Of a stretch of DNA of 64,000 bases, positions 19,414 to 27,801 are shown in pieces. A program made the translations under genes and the position numbers. The notes beneath the pieces are model-generated. The model was not told the origin of the DNA. It saw only the letters and a program-made list of their open reading frames with translations, and did not search any database. Source of the stretch: a bacterium (GTDB taxonomy: Bacteria; Patescibacteriota; Saccharimonadia; Saccharimonadales; SZUA-47); NCBI GenBank assembly GCA_030427365.1, contig JAUHWW010000001.1, positions 31,963 to 95,962 of the forward strand, written 5' to 3'. Numbering within the stretch: position 1 is the stretch's first letter; every line of letters starts with the position of its first letter.

Positions 19414-20526
19414 ATGAGTCAGAAAAAACACATTGTCATCGATGCCCGAATACGCCCTGCTTCGACAGGACGACCGATCGCACGGTTGCTTGAACACTTG
19501 CAGGAGATCGATAAAGAGCATCGTTATACCGTCCTTATAAAAAAAGATGATGACTGGCGACCAACAGCCAAGAACTTTACCGCAAAGCCGATCGACTACC
19601 CAATATTTAGTTTCAACCCGCTGAACCAAATTGGCCTGGCACTGGCACTCCACAGGCTAAAGCCTGACCTTACCTATTTTGGGCTTACTCCATCGCAGCC
19701 GCTATTTTACTCAAGGAAATACATCACACTTACGCATGACTTGGGTATGTTGCGTTTCGCACGGGCAGGCCGTTTGCCAGAGTGGCTACACAAAATCCGT
19801 ATGGCTGGCTACCGTTTTCTGCTGCGACAAGCCCATAAGCGTGCGGCGCATATTGTGACACCAACGGAGTTTGTCGCGGAAGATGTCAAGAAATACCACC
19901 TCTTCACCAGCCGTAAAGTGACTACTATCTATGAGGCGAGTGAGCCGCCGCTGCCCGGTAAAGCACAGCAGCCAGTTAACCCGCCCAAGGAATTCATTAT
20001 GTACACCGGTAGCGCCTTCCCGCACAAGAACCTTGATCGCTTAGTCAGTGCCTTCACCATCCTTCGTGAGCAGCACCCAAATCTGAAGCTGGTGCTTGTC
20101 GGAAAGCGTGAATATCACAGCAAGCAGCTGGAGCGAAAAATTAATAAACAGGAGCTACTGCAGCGCATCATCTTTACCGGCTTTATCCCTGATGAAGAAC
20201 TCAAATGGTACTACCAAAACGCCCGAGCCTACGTCTTCCCAAGCCTCAATGAAGGCTTCGGCCTGCCAGGCCTCGAGGCGATGGTGCATGGCTGTCCAGT
20301 GGTGAGCTCTGATGCCAGCTGTTTGCCTGAGGTAAACGGCGATGCAGCGCATTATTTTAACCCGCTGGATGTGCAAGAAATGGCAGTGAAAATAGACGAG
20401 GTAATTAGCTCAGAAAAACTAAGAAACGATCTGATCAAAAAGGGCTATGAGAACGCCAAGCGTTTCAGTTGGAAAACTTTTACGAAGAAACACCTTGAAC
20501 TATTTCGGCACTATTTGAATCACTAG
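19414..20526 (+). CDS. glycosyltransferase family 4
   Basis: EGFGLPGLEAMVHGCPVVS; start chosen at ATG 19414 (MSQKKHIVIDARI) to avoid overlap with divergent gene. Confidence 0.8.
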   Translation: MSQKKHIVIDARIRPASTGRPIARLLEHLQEIDKEHRYTVLIKKDDDWRPTAKNFTAKPIDYPIFSFNPLNQIGLALALHRLKPDLTYFGLTPSQPLFYSRKYITLTHDLGMLRFARAGRLPEWLHKIRMAGYRFLLRQAHKRAAHIVTPTEFVAEDVKKYHLFTSRKVTTIYEASEPPLPGKAQQPVNPPKEFIMYTGSAFPHKNLDRLVSAFTILREQHPNLKLVLVGKREYHSKQLERKINKQELLQRIIFTGFIPDEELKWYYQNARAYVFPSLNEGFGLPGLEAMVHGCPVVSSDASCLPEVNGDAAHYFNPLDVQEMAVKIDEVISSEKLRNDLIKKGYENAKRFSWKTFTKKHLELFRHYLNH

Positions 20527-20669
20527 GATCGTGACCAATTATTGCTACCAGCTCGGAGCTACTTAGATAACCTCTTCGAATTCGCGTTCTAAATACATTG
20601 CCTGTTTCTGGATCTTCTAAAACACATGTGGGCATGCTTCGTTCCCGCTCGAAGTCAGATGCTGGCAAC

Positions 20670-21146
20670 TTATTCTCCTGCTGGCTTGAGAACGATGTGG
20701 CGGTCGCGGCCTTCGCCCTCTGATTCTGTTTCGAGACCGTGCTCGCCGGCAAGCTTGTGAATGGTGCGGCGATCGGCAGCGTTCATTGGCTTGAGGTGCA
20801 TTGGCTCGCCTGACTCTTTCACCTGTTTGAGCCATTCTTCGGCGCGGTCTTCCAAGCGCGAGGCGCGCTGTTTTTTGTAATCAGCGATATCAACGTTGAC
20901 GCGCTCGAGTTCATATTCGGCAGTCTTTAGCGCCATTGAGGTCAAAAATTGCAGGGAGCGCATTGTCTCACCGCGGTTACCAATGAGAAAGCCGTTCAGA
21001 TGCGTGCTCGGCACGTTTAACTCGATCACTTCGCCGTCTTCACTCGTGGCATAGACGTCGACATTTAGGCCAAAAAACGACAAGATGTCTTCAAGATACT
21101 TCTTGGCAAATAGAATTGCTGCCTCGGCGTTTCGCTCGTCGCTCAT
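20670..21146 (-). CDS. jag: Jag/KhpB-like RNA-binding protein (KH + R3H domains)
   Basis: C-terminal R3H motif ...DRRTIHKLAGEHGLETESEGEGRDRHIVL; downstream of yidC with 4-nt overlap. Confidence 0.75.
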   Translation of the reverse strand: MSDERNAEAAILFAKKYLEDILSFFGLNVDVYATSEDGEVIELNVPSTHLNGFLIGNRGETMRSLQFLTSMALKTAEYELERVNVDIADYKKQRASRLEDRAEEWLKQVKESGEPMHLKPMNAADRRTIHKLAGEHGLETESEGEGRDRHIVLKPAGE

Positions 21147-22087
21147 TTCTTCCTCTTTCTACTCGTCTTCGGCTTAGAAGTTTTCGAAGAAGCGGTCTTT
21201 TTACTGGTGGTTTTCGAAGAAGCTGTCGACTTTTTCTCATCTAAGCGAGTCTTGCTGACCACTTTCGCGGTCGAACGCATCAATGTCTCGTCCTGGCTTA
21301 GCAGATGACGCTGCTGGAGGTAGGCAATGAGCCCGCTGGTAAACCAGTAGAGTGCTAAGGCGGCCGGGAAGCCGATAGTGATGATGAATATCAAGATTGG
21401 CATAAACAGCCCCATATTGCGGCCCATAGCGGCATTGACTTCGCTGTTATCAGGCTCCTTGCCTGATTTTGCATCGTTTAGAATATCCCGCAGCTTGCGG
21501 GCATTTTCTTCTTTTGGCATCGTTTGGCGAATCTGGAAGAACTGCGTCACAGCTGAACCGAGCACAAGCAAGAACGCCGGGAAGTAGAATCCGGCTTCAC
21601 TGTCTACGGCCGAGCGGCCAAGATCGACAATACCGAACAAGGTGTTATCAAACTTTGTCGGGTCTTCAGCGAGTTCCTGCATCGTGCCAAGGTTCTGAAT
21701 CGGCTCATACGAAAAGCTCACGAGCTGGCTTGGGTCGTTCACAATGCGGTTGAGCCCAGAAAACAGCGCGAGGAAAATGACAATCTGGACGACAAGCATA
21801 CCAATAAAGCTGAGCGGCTTGATCTCTTTCTCTTTGTAGAGCTCCATCATCATCATGGACTCTTGTTGGCGATTGCCTTTGGAAGCTTTCTTTATCTTCT
21901 TGATTTCTGGCGCCATTTCGCGCATCGCACGGGTGTGCTTGAGCTGTTTGCGCAGCAAAGGATACATCACCCAGCGGGCAAGAATAGTGAAGATAATGAT
22001 AGCTAAACCGAAGTTATGCCCTGGCAGCAGCGCATAAATAAGGCTCAGAACGTTAAAAATAGGTTGCACAAAAAGCGTGGTTAACAC
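21143..22087 (-). CDS. yidC: membrane protein insertase YidC/Oxa1 (short monoderm type)
   Basis: 5 TM, IIIFTILARWVMYPL motif, Lys/Ser-rich C-terminal tail. Confidence 0.85.
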   Translation of the reverse strand: MLTTLFVQPIFNVLSLIYALLPGHNFGLAIIIFTILARWVMYPLLRKQLKHTRAMREMAPEIKKIKKASKGNRQQESMMMMELYKEKEIKPLSFIGMLVVQIVIFLALFSGLNRIVNDPSQLVSFSYEPIQNLGTMQELAEDPTKFDNTLFGIVDLGRSAVDSEAGFYFPAFLLVLGSAVTQFFQIRQTMPKEENARKLRDILNDAKSGKEPDNSEVNAAMGRNMGLFMPILIFIITIGFPAALALYWFTSGLIAYLQQRHLLSQDETLMRSTAKVVSKTRLDEKKSTASSKTTSKKTASSKTSKPKTSRKRKK

Positions 22088-22120
22088 GAAGTGGTTCTCC
22101 TCTTTGGACTTCTTTACTAA

Positions 22121-22468
22121 CTAGTGTAGCACGCGGGCAAGTATTTTTTTGGTGAGGCTCGCAACTTCGGTCTGGAGCTCATCATTCGATAGGGCCGCAA
22201 GCGACTCGTCCTTTACGTATATCACGCAGTCAACCGGCAAGTTGTCTAAACGGCGCTGCGTGCGGACTGCTTCAAACAGTCTGCGCCGAATACGATTACG
22301 CCGGACAGCTTTTGCAGCCGTTTTTTTACTTACCACCACCGCCAGTCGATAATCATCACGTTTGGGGTTTTTGCTAGCGCGTGCACTAAGCAAATCAGTA
22401 TGCACGCTTGCGCCGCGTAAACGACGAACGGCGTGCGGACCGTGAAAACGATTTTTGCGATTAATCAT
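22121..22468 (-). CDS. rnpA: ribonuclease P protein component
   Basis: Basic 115-aa protein with RNRIRRRLFEAVR motif; rpmH-rnpA-yidC-jag synteny. Confidence 0.85.
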   Translation of the reverse strand: MINRKNRFHGPHAVRRLRGASVHTDLLSARASKNPKRDDYRLAVVVSKKTAAKAVRRNRIRRRLFEAVRTQRRLDNLPVDCVIYVKDESLAALSNDELQTEVASLTKKILARVLH

Positions 22469-22564
22469 AATAACTAGTATGGATGAAATTATTGTTTGTA
22501 TCTAGTGCAACAAATAGGCGCTTTACGCACATTCAAAACCGTGGGTACTTCGCGCTTCCCTGTT

Positions 22565-22598
22565 AAAAAAGCTTATTGCAAGTTTTTTGCAATAAGCT
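22565..22598 (-). terminator. hairpin + T-run between rpmH and rnpA (attenuator/terminator)
   Basis: On minus strand agcttattgcaa-aaaac-ttgcaataagct followed by TTTTTT. Confidence 0.5.
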
Positions 22599-22623
22599 CC
22601 TTCCGGATTTAGGGTACTGCTGT

Positions 22624-22761
22624 TTAGTGAGTAAGACGAGCGCGGCCCTTTTCACGGCGACGCTTCACGACTGACTTCCCCTGCCGGGTAGACATGCGCT
22701 TCAAAAAGCCATGGACGCGTGATCGATGTCGTTTTTTCGGTTGGTAGGTTCGCTTTGGCAT
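22624..22761 (-). CDS. rpmH: 50S ribosomal protein L34
   Basis: Not in ORF track (<60 aa); revcomp translates [45 protein letters not shown]. Confidence 0.9.
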   Translation of the reverse strand: MPKRTYQPKKRHRSRVHGFLKRMSTRQGKSVVKRRREKGRARLTH

Positions 22762-22959
22762 AAAAATCCTTTATGAAACACCCTTTCAGGGTTTCTCATC
22801 GCGCAGGGCGAGTCGGTAAAGCCGGCTTACTCTGGCTACTCTTCCCGAGCTGCAGGTTGCAATGAGAGTGGGTGCACTACTTCTTAACTTGGCTTATTAC
22901 TTTAGCAGAAATAAGAGAAGTTATCAAGGTGTTTCAGGAGTCCTTTTTACCATCACCAA

Positions 22960-23150
22960 TGCTGTGGAGAATAGCGACTCCATTGTTTGGAAAATGATGC
23001 AAAACTCTCGCCTTATCAGCAGAATTATCCACTATCCACACCTATTGTCCACACAATTTACAGAGGTCGTTTGTGGCTGTGGAAAATTCTACCCCTATTC
23101 TGCTGTTTTTCTGGCTTTCTTTGGTGTTGTGAAAGTAGCTGTGGAAAAGT
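22960..23150. promoter_or_regulatory. cluster of >=6 DnaA-box-like 9-mers (candidate oriC / dnaA autoregulatory region)
   Basis: TTATCCACT 23026, cTATCCACA 23032, TTGTCCACA 23045, TTTTCCACA (as tgtggaaaa) at 23073 and 23142, TTCTCCACA at 22965; between rpmH and dnaA. Confidence 0.55.
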
Positions 23151-23219
23151 CACTGCTCTTTTTGGTACTATACGCATACCTAAGTAAAGCAAAAACGTGA
23201 GCGAGGGAGTAGAACGTAA

Positions 23220-24602
23220 GTGCAGGCAACTGGCGGAATATGGCAGGCAGTGCTCGGCGAGATCGAGCTAAGTGTAACGCGAGGACAATACGTCACGTGG
23301 TTTAAAAACACCGAACTGCTCGAGTATTCTCCAGAAACAGCCGTTATTGGCGTGCCGAATGTTTTTATCAAGCAGCAGCTTGAGCGTCGCTACCAAGACA
23401 CCCTACTCGACCTACTTGACAAGAACGGCGTGCGACCAAAGACGATGGAGTTTAAGATCTATAGTTCACCGTCGACGCGTTCAAGTAAGCGACGAAATAC
23501 AGATGCAGTTGAGCTGACGCCTGATCTAGACGCAACCTCCCCTCGAAAAAAGAAGCTCGAAACCAGCTCAGGCGTCGCACATAAATACCGCCAAGGATTA
23601 AACAAGAAGTACACTTTTGACTCCTTTATTGTCGGTGGTGCCAACGACTTAGCGTACGCCGCCTGTCAGGCAGTTGCCGCTTCACCGGGAGAAAAATACA
23701 ACCCATTGTTTGTCTATGGCGGCGTAGGTATTGGAAAAACGCACCTTATCCAGGCAGTTGGCAATGAAATATTAACTCAAAACCCAAGTGCTCACGTCGT
23801 CTATGTATCAACTGAGCAATTTGTGCAGGAGTTTTTGGACGCAATCCGCTTTAAAAAGAACACTGAATTCGCCGGTCACTATCGCAGCGCCGACGTGCTG
23901 ATTATTGATGATATTCAGTTTATTACCGGCAAAGAAAAGACGCAGGAAGAATTTTTTCATACCTTTAATGCGCTTCACCAGGCGAACAAGCAAATCATTA
24001 TCAGCAGTGACAAACCGCCGCACGAAATCGCCACACTGGAAGAACGTCTCAAAAGCCGCTTTGCAATGGGCATGACCGTTGATATGCGCACGCCAGAGTT
24101 TGAGACCAGGGCAGCGATTGTGCAGGCCAAGGCTGAGGCGCAGCGGCTGAATTTACCAGCCGATGTCGTAGAGTTCCTCGCAAATCATGTGAAGACAAAC
24201 ATTCGTGAACTTGAAGGCGCCCTGAACCAGCTGGTTGCCTTTTGCGAGATGAAGGGGCTCGATCCTGACTTGGCTGTCGCTAAAGTGGTGCTGGCTGGAA
24301 ACTCAACTCGGGCAAAGCACATTACCCCGAAAAAGCTTGTCGAAACCGTCGCTGACTACTACTCCGTTCCGATGGTCGACATCATGAGCCCAAAGCGCGA
24401 TAAGGAAATTGTCGTGCCGCGGCAAATTGCGATGTACCTTATGCGTGAAGAACTACACCTTAGTTTTCCGAAGATCGCTCATGAGTGCGGCCGTAAAGAC
24501 CACACGACCGCCATCCATTCGGTAGATAAAATCAGCAAGGAGTTGGCCATCAACCCAATGCTGCGTCAGCAAATCACTGACATTAAGGAGCGCATAAAAT
24601 GA
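23220..24602 (+). CDS. dnaA: chromosomal replication initiator protein DnaA
   Basis: GTG start; AAA+ Walker A GGVGIGKTHL, Walker B LIIDDIQF, sensor/helix-turn-helix C-terminus. Confidence 0.95.
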   Translation: MQATGGIWQAVLGEIELSVTRGQYVTWFKNTELLEYSPETAVIGVPNVFIKQQLERRYQDTLLDLLDKNGVRPKTMEFKIYSSPSTRSSKRRNTDAVELTPDLDATSPRKKKLETSSGVAHKYRQGLNKKYTFDSFIVGGANDLAYAACQAVAASPGEKYNPLFVYGGVGIGKTHLIQAVGNEILTQNPSAHVVYVSTEQFVQEFLDAIRFKKNTEFAGHYRSADVLIIDDIQFITGKEKTQEEFFHTFNALHQANKQIIISSDKPPHEIATLEERLKSRFAMGMTVDMRTPEFETRAAIVQAKAEAQRLNLPADVVEFLANHVKTNIRELEGALNQLVAFCEMKGLDPDLAVAKVVLAGNSTRAKHITPKKLVETVADYYSVPMVDIMSPKRDKEIVVPRQIAMYLMREELHLSFPKIAHECGRKDHTTAIHSVDKISKELAINPMLRQQITDIKERIK

Positions 24603-24865
24603 TGCTGCGAGTGTGTGGATTAAGTGCGGAAAAGGTGCGAGTAAAGACGATCGGAAGCGTGCATAATTTGTGCAGAACACTCATCATGTCCACACCCGCA
24701 GTAGACGGCCTAGTGGCTTTCCACTGGTTTGTCCGAGCGCTTTCCATGAGGCTTCCACGATTTTCCACCGCCAAAATAACAGCGGTTGTAACGGGGTTTT
24801 CCCACGTTTCCACTGCCCCTATAACAATAACTAAGTATATATAAAGAAAAGGAGCATCTAACGCC

Positions 24866-25960
24866 ATGAGACTGACAGTCCACCAAGAAAACCTCGCGAA
24901 GGCCCTTGCGAGTGTGTCACGAGTCGCCAGTAGTCGGGCCAGCCTCCCGGTACTTTCAAATGTTCTTTTGCGCACTAGTGGGAATCGGCTAACAATCGCC
25001 GCGACGAATCTTGATATTGCCATTACCGAACATATTGGCGCGAAAGTCACCACTCAAGGAGCCATTACCGTACCAGCGCGCCTCATGCAGGATTTTGTAG
25101 CCAGCCTCCCTCCTGGGCAGTTAAAGCTTGATGTCGACGGCGTGAAGCTGCATATCGAAGCTGAGCGCTTTAGCTCGACTATCAATGGTATGCCAGCTGA
25201 TGAGTTCCCTGCCATGCCGACTATTGAGAGCGCTAAAGAGATTGTGTGGCCTGCTAGCGAATTAAAGGAAACATTATCACAAGTTCTGTTCGCTTCCTCG
25301 AGTGACGAAACTCGCCCAGTATTAACAGGCGTTCTCTTGCGTGAACAAAAGGGCTTGCTTGTGTGCGCTGCAACCGACTCTTATCGGCTGGCAGAAAAGC
25401 GTCTATCTCATAAAGTGTCAGAGGGGTTAAGCGTCCTGTTGCCGGCAAGCTCATTAGCAGAAGTGTCTCGAGCGATTCGGGATGATTCAGGCGATATTGT
25501 TATGTCATACGATGACAATCAAGCGCGATTTTTGGTTGATGAGGTTGAGATCGTGACCCGGCTGGTGGACGGGCAGTACCCGGAGTATAGCCGCCTATTG
25601 CCGAGTTCATTTGAGACCACCGCGACGGCTGAGCGGAGTGCAATTAGTGAAATCACCAAGGTCTCGAGCTTATTTGCCCGCGAATCAGCTGGCAGCGTCA
25701 CGCTCAATATAGATGCGGCTAAAAAACAAATCAGCATTAACTCTATCGCTTCGCAGGTTGGAGAAAATACCGCTAGTGCTGAAGCTGACGTGAGTGGCGA
25801 CGCGGTTATTACCCTTAATTCTCGCTATATTCTAGACGCTCTCGGAGCTTTTAAGGGCAGTCGGCTACAAGTGAATGTAAATGGTAAGCTCGATCCGTGC
25901 GTGCTAACCGATCCGGATGACGATTCATACCTCCATGTGATTATGCCGGTGAAGAGCTAG
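24866..25960 (+). CDS. dnaN: DNA polymerase III beta sliding clamp
   Basis: 364 aa, three-domain clamp pattern; strong RBS AAAGGAG upstream. Confidence 0.9.
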   Translation: MRLTVHQENLAKALASVSRVASSRASLPVLSNVLLRTSGNRLTIAATNLDIAITEHIGAKVTTQGAITVPARLMQDFVASLPPGQLKLDVDGVKLHIEAERFSSTINGMPADEFPAMPTIESAKEIVWPASELKETLSQVLFASSSDETRPVLTGVLLREQKGLLVCAATDSYRLAEKRLSHKVSEGLSVLLPASSLAEVSRAIRDDSGDIVMSYDDNQARFLVDEVEIVTRLVDGQYPEYSRLLPSSFETTATAERSAISEITKVSSLFARESAGSVTLNIDAAKKQISINSIASQVGENTASAEADVSGDAVITLNSRYILDALGAFKGSRLQVNVNGKLDPCVLTDPDDDSYLHVIMPVKS

Positions 25961-26000
25961 CTGTGGTCTATACGCATCTCCCCGCTATACTAAAGACACA

Positions 26001-27044
26001 ATGATTCGGTCACTACAGCTGCAGCAGGTGCGCTCTCATAAGAGCAGCTTATTTTCGTTTGAAAGCGGCGTAAATATTATTGTTGGACCCAATGCGAGTG
26101 GAAAAACAAATACGCTTGAGGCGATTCACATGCTTCACACTGGTCGGTCGTTTCGTAGTAGTGACAGCGACATGGTGTCATTTGATGAAGAATGGGGGCG
26201 GATTGATGGAGAGGTCGCCGGCGAGAACCGAGTCGTGAAAATTACGAGCGGCGGCAAAAAAAGTTTTGAGATTGCCGACGTTGCCTATAAACGCCTTCCC
26301 TACCGTTTGCAGCTGCCCGTGGCGGTATTTGATCCATCACACCTTTTGCTTTTAAGTGGTGATCCTGAGGGACGGCGGCGCTATATTGATGATTTCATCT
26401 CCCAGATTGATCCACTCTATGCGGAAAGCCTCTCAAAGTATCGACGAGCCTTGCAGCAACGAAACAGATTGCTAAAATCCGACAACTTGCAGCCTGATCA
26501 GGTCTTCGTCTGGGATGTGCAGCTGGCGCAACATGCCGGTGACATTACCAGGCTTCGCTTGCAGTATATAAAATCACTCGAGGAAGTTGCTGCTCAGGCA
26601 TACCAAAGTATTAGTTCATCAGATGATGCTTTGACGATTGCGGTTGAAAGTAAATTACCCCTAGATAACTATGCAGACGGGCTGGCAAAAAAACTACGCG
26701 ATTCGTTTGAGCTGGATAGGTTGCGCGGATTTACTGGCGCCGGGCCGCACCGCGACGACCTGCTGTTCACATTAAACGGCCACGATGCGCGAGTGTCGGC
26801 ATCACGCGGAGAAAGCCGGAGCATCGTACTAGCGTTGAAGTTAGCCGAAATGCAGCAGCTGAGCGACTTCTCTGAAGTGCAGCCTATTTTTCTTCTTGAC
26901 GATGTATTCAGCGAACTTGACGGCAAGCGCCGCCGCACGCTAGCAGATACGCTGCAGCACTATCAGTCATTCATAACCACTACTGATGCCGACATCGCCG
27001 CCGAACACTTCAGCGACAGCAACGTTATCCCAATTTCACGATGA
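26001..27044 (+). CDS. recF: DNA replication and repair protein RecF
   Basis: Walker A GPNASGKTN, signature LSxGE-like, Walker B FLLDDVFSELD. Confidence 0.9.
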   Translation: MIRSLQLQQVRSHKSSLFSFESGVNIIVGPNASGKTNTLEAIHMLHTGRSFRSSDSDMVSFDEEWGRIDGEVAGENRVVKITSGGKKSFEIADVAYKRLPYRLQLPVAVFDPSHLLLLSGDPEGRRRYIDDFISQIDPLYAESLSKYRRALQQRNRLLKSDNLQPDQVFVWDVQLAQHAGDITRLRLQYIKSLEEVAAQAYQSISSSDDALTIAVESKLPLDNYADGLAKKLRDSFELDRLRGFTGAGPHRDDLLFTLNGHDARVSASRGESRSIVLALKLAEMQQLSDFSEVQPIFLLDDVFSELDGKRRRTLADTLQHYQSFITTTDADIAAEHFSDSNVIPISR

Positions 27045-27060
27045 CTGCTTCGCGGTGTGT

Positions 27061-27789
27061 TTACGGAGTGTTTTGTGGGCTGTTCGTAAACTTAACTACC
27101 TCATCAAAAGTTACTCTACCTACGGAGTTTATGTTATAAATCACACCATCATTGAGACTGTCATCACTGTTTGTTTTAAGAATTTGTGACACGGCCTGGA
27201 TGTCTTGCTGGGTATAGCCGAGATAAAAAGTAACAACTAAGTCGTTGGAAGAGTTTAGATAACGTATAGAATACCGCTCTTCCTCTATAGGGAGTTGTCT
27301 TAAGACGGTACTTTTTTGGCCATTTAGCTGCAAGGCATCGTCTATGTTTGCCCCTGTCACCGTATTGGTAATCGACAAGATGGCAAACCCAAGTTCAGAA
27401 TACTGAACCTTGAGCTCAATCTCTTCTTCGAGACCGTAATAGAAACCTGTATGTACGTACATTTCACCATCGGTGGCAAACCCATCAGAAAAAGTAAACC
27501 CAATCAACTGCTGCTCATTAATAAAAGCACTGCTTGTCGTTTTTGCAAATAGTGCCAAATCCTCCTGTGCTAGCCGAAAAATTCGTTCATCCTGGTTTAT
27601 GTGCGGAAAAAACTCATCGGAATTATAAATAATTGCATAGTCGCGGCCTGCTCTTGGGTCGTCATACGGATTTTGTTTTGCAGGATTAACCGGACCACCC
27701 TCGCTAGTAAAATAGGCAACAGTTATCCCTAGTAATGCAAACACTATAACGATAACAAAGCTGAGTTTTCTAATAACCTGCATATTCAT
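27061..27789 (-). CDS. bitopic membrane protein of the T4SS-like block (VirB8-like topology, unassigned)
   Basis: N-terminal TM FVIVIVFALLGITVAYF + ~210-aa ectodomain; last gene of minus-strand block. Confidence 0.35.
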   Translation of the reverse strand: MNMQVIRKLSFVIVIVFALLGITVAYFTSEGGPVNPAKQNPYDDPRAGRDYAIIYNSDEFFPHINQDERIFRLAQEDLALFAKTTSSAFINEQQLIGFTFSDGFATDGEMYVHTGFYYGLEEEIELKVQYSELGFAILSITNTVTGANIDDALQLNGQKSTVLRQLPIEEERYSIRYLNSSNDLVVTFYLGYTQQDIQAVSQILKTNSDDSLNDGVIYNINSVGRVTFDEVVKFTNSPQNTP

Positions 27790-27801
27790 ACTATTTCCTC
27801 C

